The notes: generated by a model not told the origin, from the letters alone. Shown: positions 1-47,430, counted from the stretch's first letter. The stretch: DNA of 64,000 nucleotides from the human T2T-CHM13v2.0 reference genome, Homo sapiens (GCF_009914755.1 NC_060943.1); one strand, 5' to 3'. Made by a program: numbers and translations.

Positions 1-342
1 GTTTGCCTTTGTGGCCGGCCCTTCCCCCTCAGATCAAATTCTGCCTCCTCAGCGAGGCCTTCCTGACCCTCCCGGGCCCTTCCTGCCTTTCTCTCTGGCT
101 GCGGCTGTTTCCTGCGGGGCTGGCTGCAGCTCCCGGCGGCGCCCTGTCCTGTACCTGTTTCATGTCCATCGTCGGCAACCCCTGGCTTCTAACACAGCTC
201 ATTGCCCGCAGGACCTCCCAGCAGGAGCAGGGACCCAGTAGGCCCTGCGTCTCCGTCCGAACCACAAGCTGCTGTGGGTGGTCACTTGACAGAAAGACCC
301 CTGCCCCCCCTTCCTTATTTGTTTATTTGCTTTTTCTGTTGT

Positions 343-1505
<1,163 letters not shown>

Positions 1506-1800
1506 AATGGGATCACACGCTGTGTGTCCTTCTGTGTCTGGCGTCTCTCACGGAGCGTGACGTCCTTAAGGTGCATCCGCGCTGTGGCCTGGGTCAGAGC
1601 CTGGATCCTTTTCACGCTGAGTTGTGTTCCGCGGTGGACGGCCGGCACTGGGTTGGTCTTTTCTTCCACTAACGGGAATTTGGGCTGTTTCCACATGTGG
1701 CCTCCGTGAATAACACTACGATGAACGTTCATGTACGCGTTTCTGTGTGGACTTGTGTTTCCCCTTCTCTCAGGGGCATGAATAGGAGGAGAATTGCGGG
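1506..1800 (-). mobile_element. Old L1M(B)-like 3' fragment, interrupted by an Alu
   Basis: Resembles the antisense L1MB 3' UTR (ATGGGATCACAC...TTTGGGCTGTTTCCAC...GTGAATAACACTACGATGAACGTTCATGTAC). Confidence 0.65.
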
Positions 1801-2176
1801 GTTCCTGAGGGCCGGCCCCCAGTGCTGGCACATCCCCAAGCCAAGCCCCACCCCTCTTTTTTTTTTTTGAGACAGAGTCTTGCTCCGTCACCCATGCTAG
1901 AGTGCAATGGCCCCATCTCGGCTCACTGCAACCTCCGCCTCCTGAGTTCAAGCAATTCTCCTGCCTCAGTCTCCCGAGGAGCTGAGGTTACAGGCACCCA
2001 CCACCATGCCCAGATAATTTTTGTTTTTTTAGTGGGAGACGGGGTTTCCCCATGTTGGCCAGGCTGATCTTGAACTCCTGATCTCAGGGATCCACGCACC
2101 TCAGCACCCTCTTTGGAAGTTCCTAGCAAGTTCTCTGCCTGAGTTCAGACCCACAGGGCCTCTTAGGGGACGGGGG

Positions 2177-2345
2177 AGGGTCAGGGCCCAGCTCTAGCTG
2201 AACTCCCCCGGGGGGAGGGGGGAGGGGGGAGGCTCAGGACCCAGCTCTAGGGGGGATTGAGGAGGATCAGGGCCCAGCTCTAGCTGAACTCCCCTGGGGG
2301 TAGGGAAGAGGGTCAGGGCCCAGCTCCAGCTGAACTCCCCTGGGT
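2177..2345. repeat. Short G-rich tandem repeat (~4 degenerate copies)
   Basis: TCAGGGCCCAGCTCTAGCTGAACTCCCC recurs with G-run spacers. Confidence 0.75.
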
Positions 2346-3578
2346 GGGGTGGGGAAAGAGGGTCAGGCTGGGGAGGGGAGCACAGAATGGCGGGGTGCCA
2401 GGCCTGGGGGAGAGGCGGATGGGGTGGGGAAGGATGGGTCTGGGCAGATAACGCTGTGGCCTTTTCCTGTTGGCCTGAGGGCCCAGGGTGGGGGTGGGGA
2501 GAGGCTGGTCTCCCTGAGGTCTGGGCATAGGGAGGTGTCCTGGGATGAGAAGACTCTTGAGAAGTGACTTTGATAATTCGGGGGCAGATCCTTGGGCCCA
2601 CCACCCCTTGCAGGGACAGGGGTCCTTCTTGGGGTGGGGGATGAACAGAGACTGGAGAGGGTGGGGGAGAAAGGAGTCGAGGGGCTAATTTACAGGACCT
2701 CTCAGGCCGGGTGTGGCAGCTCACACCTGTCATCCCAGCACACTGGGCAGCTGAGGCAGGAGGACCCCTTGAGCCCAGGAGTTTGAGACCAGCCTGGGTA
2801 ACACGGTGAGATTCTGTGTCTACAAAACATTTTTTAAAATGAGCCAGGCGTGGTGGAACTACTTGCTTATAGCCCCAGCTACCGAGAGGCTGAGGCGGGA
2901 GGATCACCTGAGCTGGGGAGGTTGGGGCTGTGGGGAGCCGAGACTGTGCCTCTGCACTCCAGCCTGGGCAACAGAGTGAGACCCTGCCTCAAAAAAATAA
3001 ATAAACAAAAAATAAATAAAGCCCCCATTCCCTTTAGGATCTCTACTTCCTATACCAACCCACTGTCCCAGCTTGGAGGGGCGGGACCAGCCTCGAGCCG
3101 CAGTTGATTCCCAGAGCACAGAGCACAGGACGGAAGTGGTTCTGCATGGGGTATAGTGAGGCCAGGGAATAGCAATGCATTCCTGTCCGTGAGTCCTGGC
3201 CATCAGGCCTTGGGGTGGCCTCACCGAACCCCCACTCCAAGCTCCGTTCAACAGAAATCCAGGAAATGGGCCGGAGAGGCTGGGAGACCACCCAGGAGAC
3301 CAGCCCGAGGCCGCGCCCTGGATCCCTGAGCCCTCACTTTTGTAATTAAGATAATAAACCTGTGCTGGCTGTGCGGGCACACACCTGTCATCCCAGCACT
3401 TTGGGAGACCAAGGCGGGCAGATCACCTGAGGTCAGGAGTTCGAGACCAGCCTGGCCAACACAGTGAAACCCCATCTCTACTAAAAATACAAAAATTAGG
3501 CTGGGTGTGGTGGCTCACAGGTGGATTACAGGGTGGCCTGTAATCCCAGCACTTTGGGAGGCCAAGGAGGGCAGATCA

Positions 3579-3909
<331 letters not shown>

Positions 3910-4649
3910 TCACTTGAACCCGGGAGGCAGAGGTTGCAGTGAGCCAAGATTGCGCCACTGTACTCCAGCCTGGGCAATAGAGTGAGGTTCCATCCCCCCC
4001 AAAAAAAAAACAAAAAAAAAGGAAAAGGAAAAATAAATCTATGGAACTGCTCATGGGGAGGAGGGACGGCCTGGCCCTGCCACTCATGTTGACGAAGAAG
4101 TAAACTGAGGCACGGCCCTTCCCTCCCCCATCAGAACTGAAAGGTGTCTGAGGCCCCAGCAGGCCCTCTGCATGAGATTCGGTGGCTCTGAGGGCCTCAG
4201 ATGTCCTCACTCCCCCCCCCGTTTCTCCTGCCAGGCTCAGAGTATCATTTTCAAAATGGTAACCAGCAAACCAACGTGATTCTCGCACAAAGGCAAGGTG
4301 AGCCTGTTCCTCGCTCACCCTGAATCATTCATGAAGGAGGCAGCTGGCCTGCGGGCTGGGATGGGAGACAGGAGAGGAGAAAAGACAGAGGCTGGGCCCT
4401 GCTCGCTAAATAAATCAGGTGCCCACGGGAGCCCCTGGGCGTCTTCCCGCGCTGGCGTTCTGCATATGACAGCTGACCTGTAAATTGCTGGGCCCTCAGC
4501 CATGGTTACTGTCAGGCCAGCCCAGGAAGGACACTGGTTTCAGGTGACCTGGGTGAGGTGGAGGCGGTGGGGGGGGTTCCTGGGACCAGGCCGCCATTGC
4601 AAAAACAAACGGCCTGCTTGTACCTGCTATCGCCCTCTAAGCTTCAGGT

Positions 4650-4820
4650 GGTGGGTGGGGCTGAGGGGCTGAGAGGTGGCCCCAAAGAAAGACAACCACA
4701 TCCTAAACCCTGGAACCCGTGAACAAGGCTTCATTTGGAACACCAGTCTTTGAAGGTACCATTAAGTGTCTTGAGATGAGATCATCCTGGAGTCTGCAGG
4801 TAGACCCTAAATTCCGCGAC
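4650..4820 (+). mobile_element. MLT1-type (MaLR) LTR 5' fragment
   Basis: TCCTAAACCCTGGAACCCGTGAA...ATTTGGAA...CTTGAGATGAGATCATCCTGGA...CCCTAAAT resembles the MLT1 5' end. Confidence 0.6.
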
Positions 4821-5018
4821 ATACATTTTATTTTTTATTTTTACTTTTTTTTTTGAGATAGCGTGTCACTCTGTTGCCCAGGCTGGAGTACAGTGGCGTA
4901 ATCTAGGCTCACTGCAACCTCCGCCTCCCGCGTTCAAGTGATTCTCCCGCCTCAGTCTCCCGAGTAGCTGGGATTACAGGAGCAAACCACCACGCCCGGC
5001 AAATTTTTGTATTTTTAG

Positions 5019-5440
<422 letters not shown>

Positions 5441-6403
5441 TAAAAATAAAAAAAGGTACTGGACAGGTGGCTGGTCATGTGGGGCTTGCGGGGTAAGGGA
5501 TGGCCTTGGGTTTATACTTTGAGCAAGACAGGAGGCCTGGCGGGGCCACGATCAGAAGTGGGTTTTAACACGATTCCGAAGGGTTAGACTGGTGCTTGGA
5601 ACCTGGTGGTCTCTACTGCTGCCAGCTGCCACTCAGACCCCCGGCCGCCCCTGCCTGTCTGCTTTCAGGGCGGGGCCCATCCCAGGCACTCCGCGAACAG
5701 ACAGAAGCGGCTGGTTCTGGTGGTGTGAGGATGGGGGTCTCCAGGGGAGCAAATCCACAGTAACACACTGGGCTTCTCCCAGATCCACCGGACATTCCTG
5801 ATGAGTGACCCTGGCTGCAGATGGCTCTTGGTGAGTCTCCGTTGACCGGGTGGTTCGGGCCAAAGGACCTTGCCGTGCGATGCCTCCATGGAGCTCGGCG
5901 GCCACCCCTAATCCGGGCTGGAATCCTCTGGCACCGGACGCCCGGCGGGGCTCCAAGGCTCCTGGGCCCACGCCAGGCCCCGGCCTGAAACGCAGCACTG
6001 CTGGAATAAAACACGCCAGAGAAGCAGGGCGCTAGGCTCGCCTGGATTTGGGGAAACGAGAATTGTCATGTCTTCTCCCTCCGTAGGTTGGTGTTAATGA
6101 AAAACCCCCTTTTCAGCATGGACTAAATCCCGCTAATTCTATTTAGGGAGCAGTGTCTACTCCGGGCCGGGAACTGCTCCGGTTTCCAACCGCAGCCTCC
6201 CGTGAGGGTCCCAGTGTGGAGGGCCGGGGTCATCCCCTCACTCTGGGATGGCTCCCAACCCGCTGACCTGGCCTCCCCGTCAGGCACCCTCACAGCTCTG
6301 TCAGACTCTTCATGTGATCAGCGCTCCTGGGAACATTAGTTTAGGGTGTTTTCTGCTGCTGGGATGGTGGCCCGGGAGGGACCCTCCTGGTGACCCTGCT
6401 GGG

Positions 6404-7240
6404 CCTGGCCCTCAGTTTCCCCAGCCGTAGGCTGGCAGCCTCGAACTGTACGAGCTCCAGGCCACAGTTTCCCCAGCTGTAGGTCAGTGGGCCAGGGACT
6501 GTAGGGGGCTCGGGCCTCAGTTTCCCCAGCTGTAGGCGGGTGGCTTGGGCCTCAGTTTCCCCACCTGTAGGCGGGCGGCCTTGGATTGTATGGAGCCCGG
6601 GCCTCAGTTTCTCCAGCTGTAGGCGGATGGCCGTGGACTGTGTGTGGCCTGGGCCTCAGTTTCCCCCGCTGTAGGCAGATGGCCGTGGACTGTGTGTGGC
6701 TTTGGCCTCAGTTTCCCCAGCTGTAGGCGGATGGCCGTGGACTGTGTGTGGCCCGGACCTCAGCTTCCCCAGCTTTAGGCGGTTGGCCGCGGACTGTGCA
6801 AAGTCCAGGCCTCAGTTTCCCCAGCTGTAAGCGGGCGGCCGCCCACTGTACAAGGTCCAGGCCTCAGTTTCCCCAGCTGTAGGTGAGAGGCCGCGGACTG
6901 TACAAGGTCCAGGCCTCAGTTTCCCCAGCTGTAGGCGGGCGGCCAAGGACTGCAAGGTCCAGGCCTCAGTTTCCCCACCTGTAGGCGGGCGGCCGCGGAC
7001 TGTACAAGGTCCAGGCCTCAGTTTCCCCAGCTGTAGGTGAGAGGCCGCGGACTGTACAAGGTCCAGGCCTCAGTTTCCCCAGCTGTAGGCGGGCGGCCGC
7101 CTACTGTATAAGGTCCAGGCCTCAGTTTCCCCAGCTGTAGGCGGGCGGCCGCGGACTGTACAAGGTCCAGGCCTCAGTTTTCCCAGCTGTAGGCAGCCGG
7201 CCGCGGACTGTGCGGGGCCCGGACCTCAGTTTCCCTATCT
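6404..7240. repeat. ~52-bp minisatellite (~17 copies) with MIR-like core, upstream of PTBP1
   Basis: Unit AGGCCTCAGTTTCCCCAGCTGTAGGCGGGCGGCCGCGGACTGTACAAGGTCC; the CTCAGTTTCC core recurs every ~52 bp. Confidence 0.92.
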
Positions 7241-7976
7241 CCGCAGTCGGGATTCGCTGTTCCGGGGCGAACAAAGAACGGTCGGGGGTGACCCCGGATC
7301 ATGGCGCGCCCGCAGTATCTGTGGCCACTGTGGAAACAGCCCTGGCGTGTCCGGGACGCGACGCGGCCTTTCCCTCCCCGCGCGATCACCCAGATGTGAG
7401 CGCTCAGTTTGAATCGGACTTTTTGGCCATGTGCCCACAACCAACATGGAGCCCTGAGGGTTTCCTGCCCGACTCCAAGATGGCGATGCGACTCCCTTTG
7501 CCCTCACGGCCCAGGCGGGCGGGTCCTGCCCACTTGCAAGATGGCGGCAGCCTGGGCAAAGCACGCTTCCCGCCGCCTGACTCGCCACGTACCCACTCTC
7601 AAGATGGCGTCTCCCGCAAAGCCACGCGCCAGCTGACTGGCTCAGACGCCGTCACGTGATCCCATTTTCTCCCCCTCCCCCGACTACACAAGCCGTTTCC
7701 GCCTTCGGCCTTGAGGAATAACCGCCTCCCCCAATAGGCGCCTGCGATTTCTCTGGGTCCCGCCCCCGGGCGGCCTTCTGGCCAGTGGGAGGTGCTGGCG
7801 GGGGCCCGCGGGGCTCTCCCCGCCCCCTGGCTGCAGCGGGAGCCAATGGGCAGCGCGCGCGGGGGACGTGTGCGGGCGTCTCCGCCATTTTGTGAGTCTA
7901 TAACTCGGAGCCGTTGGGTCGGTTCCTGCTATTCCGGCGCCTCCACTCCGTCCCCCGCGGGTCTGCTCTGTGTGCC

Positions 7977-21303
<13,327 letters not shown>

Positions 21304-22795
21304 GGGCACAGGCCCCCACGGCCGGGCCCCCTGGCGACAACTTCCATCATTCCAGAGAAAAGCCACTTTAAAAACAGCTGAAGTGACCTTAGCAGACCAG
21401 AGATTTTATTTTTTTAAAGAGAAATCAGTTTACCTGTTTTTAAAAAAATTAAATCTAGTTCACCTTGCTCACCCTGCGGTGACAGGGACAGCTCAGGCTC
21501 TTGGTGACTGTGGCAGCGGGAGTTCCCGGCCCTCCACACCCGGGGCCAGACCCTCGGGGCCATGCCTTGGTGGGGCCTGTGTCGGGCGTGGGGCCTGCAG
21601 GTGGGCGCCCCGACCACGACTTGGCTTCCTTGTGCCTTAAAAAACCTGCCTTCCTGCAGCCACACACCCACCCGGGGTGTCCTGGGGACCCAAGGGGTGG
21701 GGGGGTCACACCAGAGAGAGGCAGGGGGCCTGGCCGGCTCCTGCAGGATCATGCAGCTGGGGCGCGGCGGCCGCGGCTGCGACACCCCAACCCCAGCCCT
21801 CTAATCAAGTCACGTGATTCTCCCTTCACCCCGCCCCCAGGGCCTTCCCTTCTGCCCCCAGGCGGGCTCCCCGCTGCTCCAGCTGCGGAGCTGGTCGACA
21901 TAATCTCTGTATTATATACTTTGCAGTTGCAGACGTCTGTGCCTAGCAATATTTCCAGTTGACCAAATATTCTAATCTTTTTTCATTTATATGCAAAAGA
22001 AATAGTTTTAAGTAACTTTTTATAGCAAGATGATACAATGGTATGAGTGTAATCTAAACTTCCTTGTGGTATTACCTTGTATGCTGTTACTTTTATTTTA
22101 TTCCTTGTAATTAAGTCACAGGCAGGACCCAGTTTCCAGAGAGCAGGCGGGGCCGCCCAGTGGGTCAGGCACAGGGAGCCCCGGTCCTATCTTAGAGCCC
22201 CTGAGCTTCAGGGAAGGGGCGGGCGTGTCGCCGCCTCTGGCATCGCCTCCGGTTGCCTTACACCACGCCTTCACCTGCAGTCGCCTAGAAAACTTGCTCT
22301 CAAACTTCAGGGTTTTTTCTTCCTTCAAATTTTGGACCAAAGTCTCATTTCTGTGTTTTGCCTGCCTCTGATGCTGGGACCCGGAAGGCGGGCGCTCCTC
22401 CTGTCTTTGTGCTCTTTCTACCGCCCCCGCGTCCTGTCCCGGGGGCTCTCCTAGGATCCCCTTTCCGTAAAAGCGTGTAACAAGGGTGTAAATATTTATA
22501 ATTTTTTATACCTGTTGTGAGACCCGAGGGGCGGCGGCGCGGTTTTTTATGGTGACACAAATGTATATTTTGCTAACAGCAATTCCAGGCTCAGTATTGT
22601 GACCGCGGAGCCACAGGGGACCCCACGCACATTCCGTTGCCTTACCCGATGGCTTGTGACGCGGAGAGAACCGATTAAAACCGTTTGAGAAACTCCTCCC
22701 TTGTCTAGCCCTGTGTTCGCTGTGGACGCTGTAGAGGCAGGTTGGCCAGTCTGTACCTGGACTTCGAATAAATCTTCTGTATCCTCGCTCCGTTC
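21304..22795 (+). other. PTBP1: PTBP1 3' UTR with miRNA seed sites
   Basis: miR-124 sites GTGCCTTA 21632-21639, TGCCTTA 22254-22260 and 22638-22644; miR-133 GGACCAAA 22334-22341; Pumilio TGTAAATA 22487-22494. The 3' end is estimated from the poly(A) signal. Confidence 0.85.
22767..22772 (+). terminator. PTBP1: PTBP1 poly(A) signal AATAAA (variant ATTAAA at 22674-22679)
   Basis: Canonical hexamer followed by a U/GU-rich stretch. Confidence 0.85.
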
Positions 22796-22975
22796 CGCCT
22801 TCGTTGCTGGCTTCCTCTTTCTGTGCCGCGGGCGGCCCCGACTCCCGCCCGGGTGTCCGCCGAAGCGCCAGGTGGGGCCACGGGCGGGGTGGGCCCGGCC
22901 CTGAGAGTGGGGGTCCCTGCGTGGGGCGTGCGGGCCAGAGCGAATGACCAAGAGCCGGACCTCGGTTTCTGCCGC

Positions 22976-22981
22976 TTTATT
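22976..22981 (-). terminator. PLPPR3: PLPPR3 poly(A) signal AATAAA
   Basis: TTTATT on the + strand, ~62 nt downstream of the PLPPR3 stop codon. Confidence 0.85.
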
Positions 22982-23043
22982 GAGCATCCGCGCGGCCGCC
23001 CGCGCCCTCGGCCCGCCCCCCGCCCGCCCCCGGCCCCGCCGCG

Positions 23044-31966
<8,923 letters not shown>

Positions 31967-33245
31967 GGTGCCGCGGGCGCCGCAGGCCGTGGCTGGAGGG
32001 GAGAAAGCGGCGCTGGAGGGGGGCGCGCAGGCGGAGCCCGGGGGAGACACGGTGGCCGGCGCCGGCGGGGGAGGGGCGGTCGGGGAAACTGAGGCTGCAG
32101 AGAGCGGCGTCCGCGTGGCCTCCCCGCGCCCCGGCCCAGCACGCGGCTTCCGGGCGCCCCTACACCCGGGATCGGGGGGTCGGGGCCGGGATCGCCGAGG
32201 AGGGCGGGGGGTCTCCGGGCGGGAGCCAGTCCCCGCGTGGTGGTGGGGGGCATCCGGGAGAACTGGGGGTCCGGGCGGCGGAGGAGACTGGGTCCGCGCC
32301 CCCAGCCCCACAGCCCCTCACCTGGCGCGGCCGGCGCCCAGCACAAAGCGCGTCTCCTCCGTGGGGCGGGGCCGGGAGCCGGGAAGGGGAGGGGGACGGG
32401 GGAGGGGAGGGTCCGGCCCGGAGACCCCCGCGCGCGCCCAGACGCCGCAGCCCAGACGCCGCAGCCAGGGGCGGGGGCTCTTTGTCTGGGCGCGTCCTCC
32501 GCAGGCCCCGCGCACCGTCCCCGCCTCCCTGGCGCCGCCTCCCACCGCCGGGGGTCTCGGGGGTCTCAGGTCTGCGCGAGCGGCTGGCGGGGCTCGGGGG
32601 TCGCGTCCTCCTCCCTTCGGGCCTGCGGCGGTGACGGTCCCGTCCTCCCCTCCCGGGTGGCTGCGGTCGGCCCGGGGGGCGCCATCGAGACGGGGGCGGA
32701 GGCGGGGGCGGGGGTTGGGGTTTCGGGGTCTCTGACTGTCTCCGTGTCTCTCACGGTCTCTCGCCGGCTCCGACTGCCCCCGCCCCGCGCCTCCGCCCGC
32801 CCCTCCGCGGAGCCCGCCGCTCGCTGGTGCGCGTTTCCATGGCGAGGCTCCCAGGGCGCCCGGAGCATCGGAGACAAAAGAGCTGGGGGAGGGGGACTGG
32901 GGGGTCTCCCGGTGCCTCCCTCCCTTCCCCCCGCACTCACCCTCGCCCCCTCCGCCGCGCCGGGGTCCACCCTCCGCCTGGCCGCAGCCGCTCGGTGCGC
33001 ACGGCGGGATTGCGGGGCGCGGGGCTGGGGGCTGGGGGCTGCGGGATGCGGGCAGGGCCCTCGGGACGCGCACTCGGGCAGTGCCTGCTGTCTGCGTGCA
33101 TTTCCTCCTCCATATGCGCAGCCCTGCGGGGTAGGGGCTGGTTGACCCCCGTTGTAGGGATGGGGAAACTGAGGCTTGGGCACCCTGGGTCGCAATCCGA
33201 GGTCTCCGGGCCCCAAACGGCAGGATTTACAAAAATCGGTTTTTG

Positions 33246-37832
<4,587 letters not shown>

Positions 37833-38119
37833 TCACCCATACAGACGCGCAGGACTCAACGCAGGACTGCCAGCTCCACTGCCCTGAGCCCCCCGGTGCC
37901 AGGCCCAGCGGGCAGTGCTGGAGCCCCAGTGGCTTGGGATGGGGAGACTGGGACTCTGAGCTGGCAATGTTCCTGGGTGCTGGCTGCATGCCCGCCATGT
38001 GCTGGGCTCCGGGATCCACTGGTTCCTGACACCCTCACCTGCCCCTGGGGGTGTGGCCATCTTCTAGAGAGAGAAACTGAGGATCAGTGCAGAATGTAGG
38101 GGGAGCCCAGGCTGGCCCA

Positions 38120-38263
38120 GGGAGCAGTTGGCGGTGGAGGCCTTGGGCAATTTCCCGTGTTCCCACTGAGTGGGGCTGTCCCTGGGCCTGGGCGGGGACG
38201 CCACCAACTGCCAAGGCCTGTGTATAAGGGCAGCCGCCGCCTTAGCCACAGACCTGCCCCGCC
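38120..38263 (+). promoter_or_regulatory. AZU1: AZU1 myeloid promoter
   Basis: TATAA 38223-38227; C/EBP TTGGGCAAT 38143-38151; Myb-type CAGTTG 38125 and CAACTG 38205; GC box 38190-38197. Confidence 0.85.
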
Positions 38264-42488
<4,225 letters not shown>

Positions 42489-42603
42489 GGGGGCCTGTGA
42501 CCTCCCATGGAGCCCAGCCCCGCCCTCCACACCTCCGGCGCTCCGCACCCACCTCCCACGGCCCCGCCCCTGCCCCCGCTCCGGCCAGAGGGGCCCTGGC
42601 TGT

Positions 42604-42609
42604 AATAAA
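42604..42609 (+). terminator. AZU1: AZU1 poly(A) signal
   Basis: TGT-AATAAA 115 nt after the stop codon, with a downstream U/GU-rich tract. Confidence 0.9.
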
Positions 42610-42867
42610 GAAGCCGATCTCTCCTCTGCTCCTGGTTTCTGTTCATTGGTGGGGGAGGGGGCTGTGGGGACGCGTGAGTGGCACCTTCACCGGCCTTAGG
42701 GGCACCCACCGCAGGTGCACTGCCTGTGCAGATGTCAGATGTTCAGAGATTCCCTCAAAGCCCGGGAAGCAGGGGCTGGTGTTATCTGCACCCGACAGCG
42801 GGGTGTTGGGGGGAGGCCCAGGTTCAGAGAGGTTGGGTGGCTGCCCAGAGGTCACACAGTGAATGCC

Positions 42868-45585
<2,718 letters not shown>

Positions 45586-46026
45586 AACGGGTTCTCTTTA
45601 CAGAGGGGGAAACTAAGCCTAGAGAGGGGTGCCAATGGCTCAGGAGCCCAGCCGGTGGGGGCCCTGCCTGGGTTTGGAGAGGCAAAGCCACTGCCTGATC
45701 ATTGTTCAGATGGGGAAACTGAGGCCCAAGGCAGGATTGGGGTTCAAGGGCTTCTGGTGCCCCCGGCTCGGGGCCACGTTCGGTCATGAGGGTCCCCCTG
45801 CTGGGGCGGGATTCCTGCCAGAGGCGGTTTCTGCCCTCCTCCCCCCAGCCCCTGCTGCTCCCCCTTCCTGGGCCCAAGGGTGCTGTTCTCGGGTTCCCCT
45901 GGTAGCGGTCAGCCCGGCTGCAGGGCCCTCAGAGCGGGGCTGCGTGTGACTGTGGGCAGCCCGAGTCCTCTCCGCGCCTCGGATTTCAGGGACATAGAAC
46001 GGGGTCCCATCCGTGGACCCACCCGC

Positions 46027-47430
46027 CACCCCGCAGCCCTGTCCAGGCCCCGACGCGTGCAGCCTCCACCCCGCAGCCCCGTCCAGGCCCCGACGCGTGC
46101 GTGCAGCCCCCACCCCGCAGCCCCGTCCAGGCCCCGACGCGTGCGGCCCCCACCCCGCAGCCCCGTCCAGGCCCCGACGCGTGCGGCCCCCACCCCGCAG
46201 CCCCGTCCAGGCCCCGACGCGTGCGGCCCCCACCCCGCAGCCCCGTCCAGGCCCCGACGCGTGCGGCCCCCACCCCGCAGCCCCGTCCAGGCCCCGACGC
46301 GTGCGGCCCCCACCCCGCAGCCCCGTCCAGGCCCCGACGCGTGCGGCCCCCACCCCGCAGCCCCGTCCAGGCCCCGACGCGTGCGGCCCCCACCCCGCAG
46401 CCCCGTCCAGGCCCCGACGCGTGCGGCCCCCACCCCGCAGCCCCGTCCAGGCCCCGACGCGTGCGGCCCCCACCCCGCAGCCCCGTCCAGGCCCCGACGC
46501 GTGCGGCCCCCACCCCGCAGCCCCGTCCAGGCCCCGACGCGTGCGGCCCCCACCCCGCAGCCCCGTCCAGGCCCCGACGCGTGCGGCCCCCACCCCGCAG
46601 CCCCGTCCAGGCCCCGACGCGTGCGGCCCCCACCCCGCAGCCCCGTCCAGGCCCCGACGCGTGCGGCCCCCACCCCGCAGCCCCGTCCAGGCCCCGACGC
46701 GTGCGGCCCCCACCCCGCAGCCCCGTCCAGGCCCCGACGCGTGCGGCCCCCACCCCGCAGCCCCGTCCAGGCCCCGACGCGTGCGGCCCCCACCCCGCAG
46801 CCCCGTCCAGGCCCCGACGCGTGCGGCCCCCACCCCGCAGCCCCGTCCAGGCCCCGACGCGTGCGGCCCCCACCCCGCAGCCCCGTCCAGGCCCCGACGC
46901 GTGCGGCCCCCACCCCGCAGCCCCGTCCAGGCCCCGACGCGTGCGGCCCCCACCCCGCAGCCCCGTCCAGGCCCCGACGCGTGCAGCCTCCACCCCGCAG
47001 CCCCGTCCAGGCCCCGACGCGTGCGGCCCCCACCCCGCAGCCCCGTCCAGGCCCCGACGCGTGCGGCCCCCACCCCGCAGCCCCGTCCAGGCCCCGACGC
47101 GTGCGGCCCCCACCCCGCAGCCCCGTCCAGGCCCCGACGCGTGCAGCCCCCACCCCGCAGCCCCGTCCAGGCCCCGACGCGTGCAGCCCCCACCCCGCAG
47201 CCCCGTCCAGGCCCCGACGCGTGCGGCCTCCACCCCGCAGCCCCGTCCAGGCCCCGACGCGTGCGGCCTCCACCCCGCAGCCCCGTCCAGGCCCCGACGC
47301 GTGCGGCCCCCACCCCGCAGCCCCGTCCAGGCCCCGACGCGTGCGGCCCCCACCCCGCAGCCCCGTCCAGGCCCCGACGCGTGCAGCCCCCACCCCGCAG
47401 CCCCGTCCAGGCCCCGACGCGTGCAGCCTC
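46027..47430. repeat. 40-bp GC-rich VNTR (35 copies) between AZU1 and PRTN3
   Basis: Unit CACCCCGCAGCCCCGTCCAGGCCCCGACGCGTGCGGCCCC; 46111-46950 is 21 identical copies. Confidence 0.98.

Noticed and set aside
6404-7240. Regularly spaced direct repeats (also at 46027-47430 and 63379-63698) as CRISPR-like arrays
   Set aside because: These are head-to-tail tandem units with no unique spacers and no cas genes, in human DNA.
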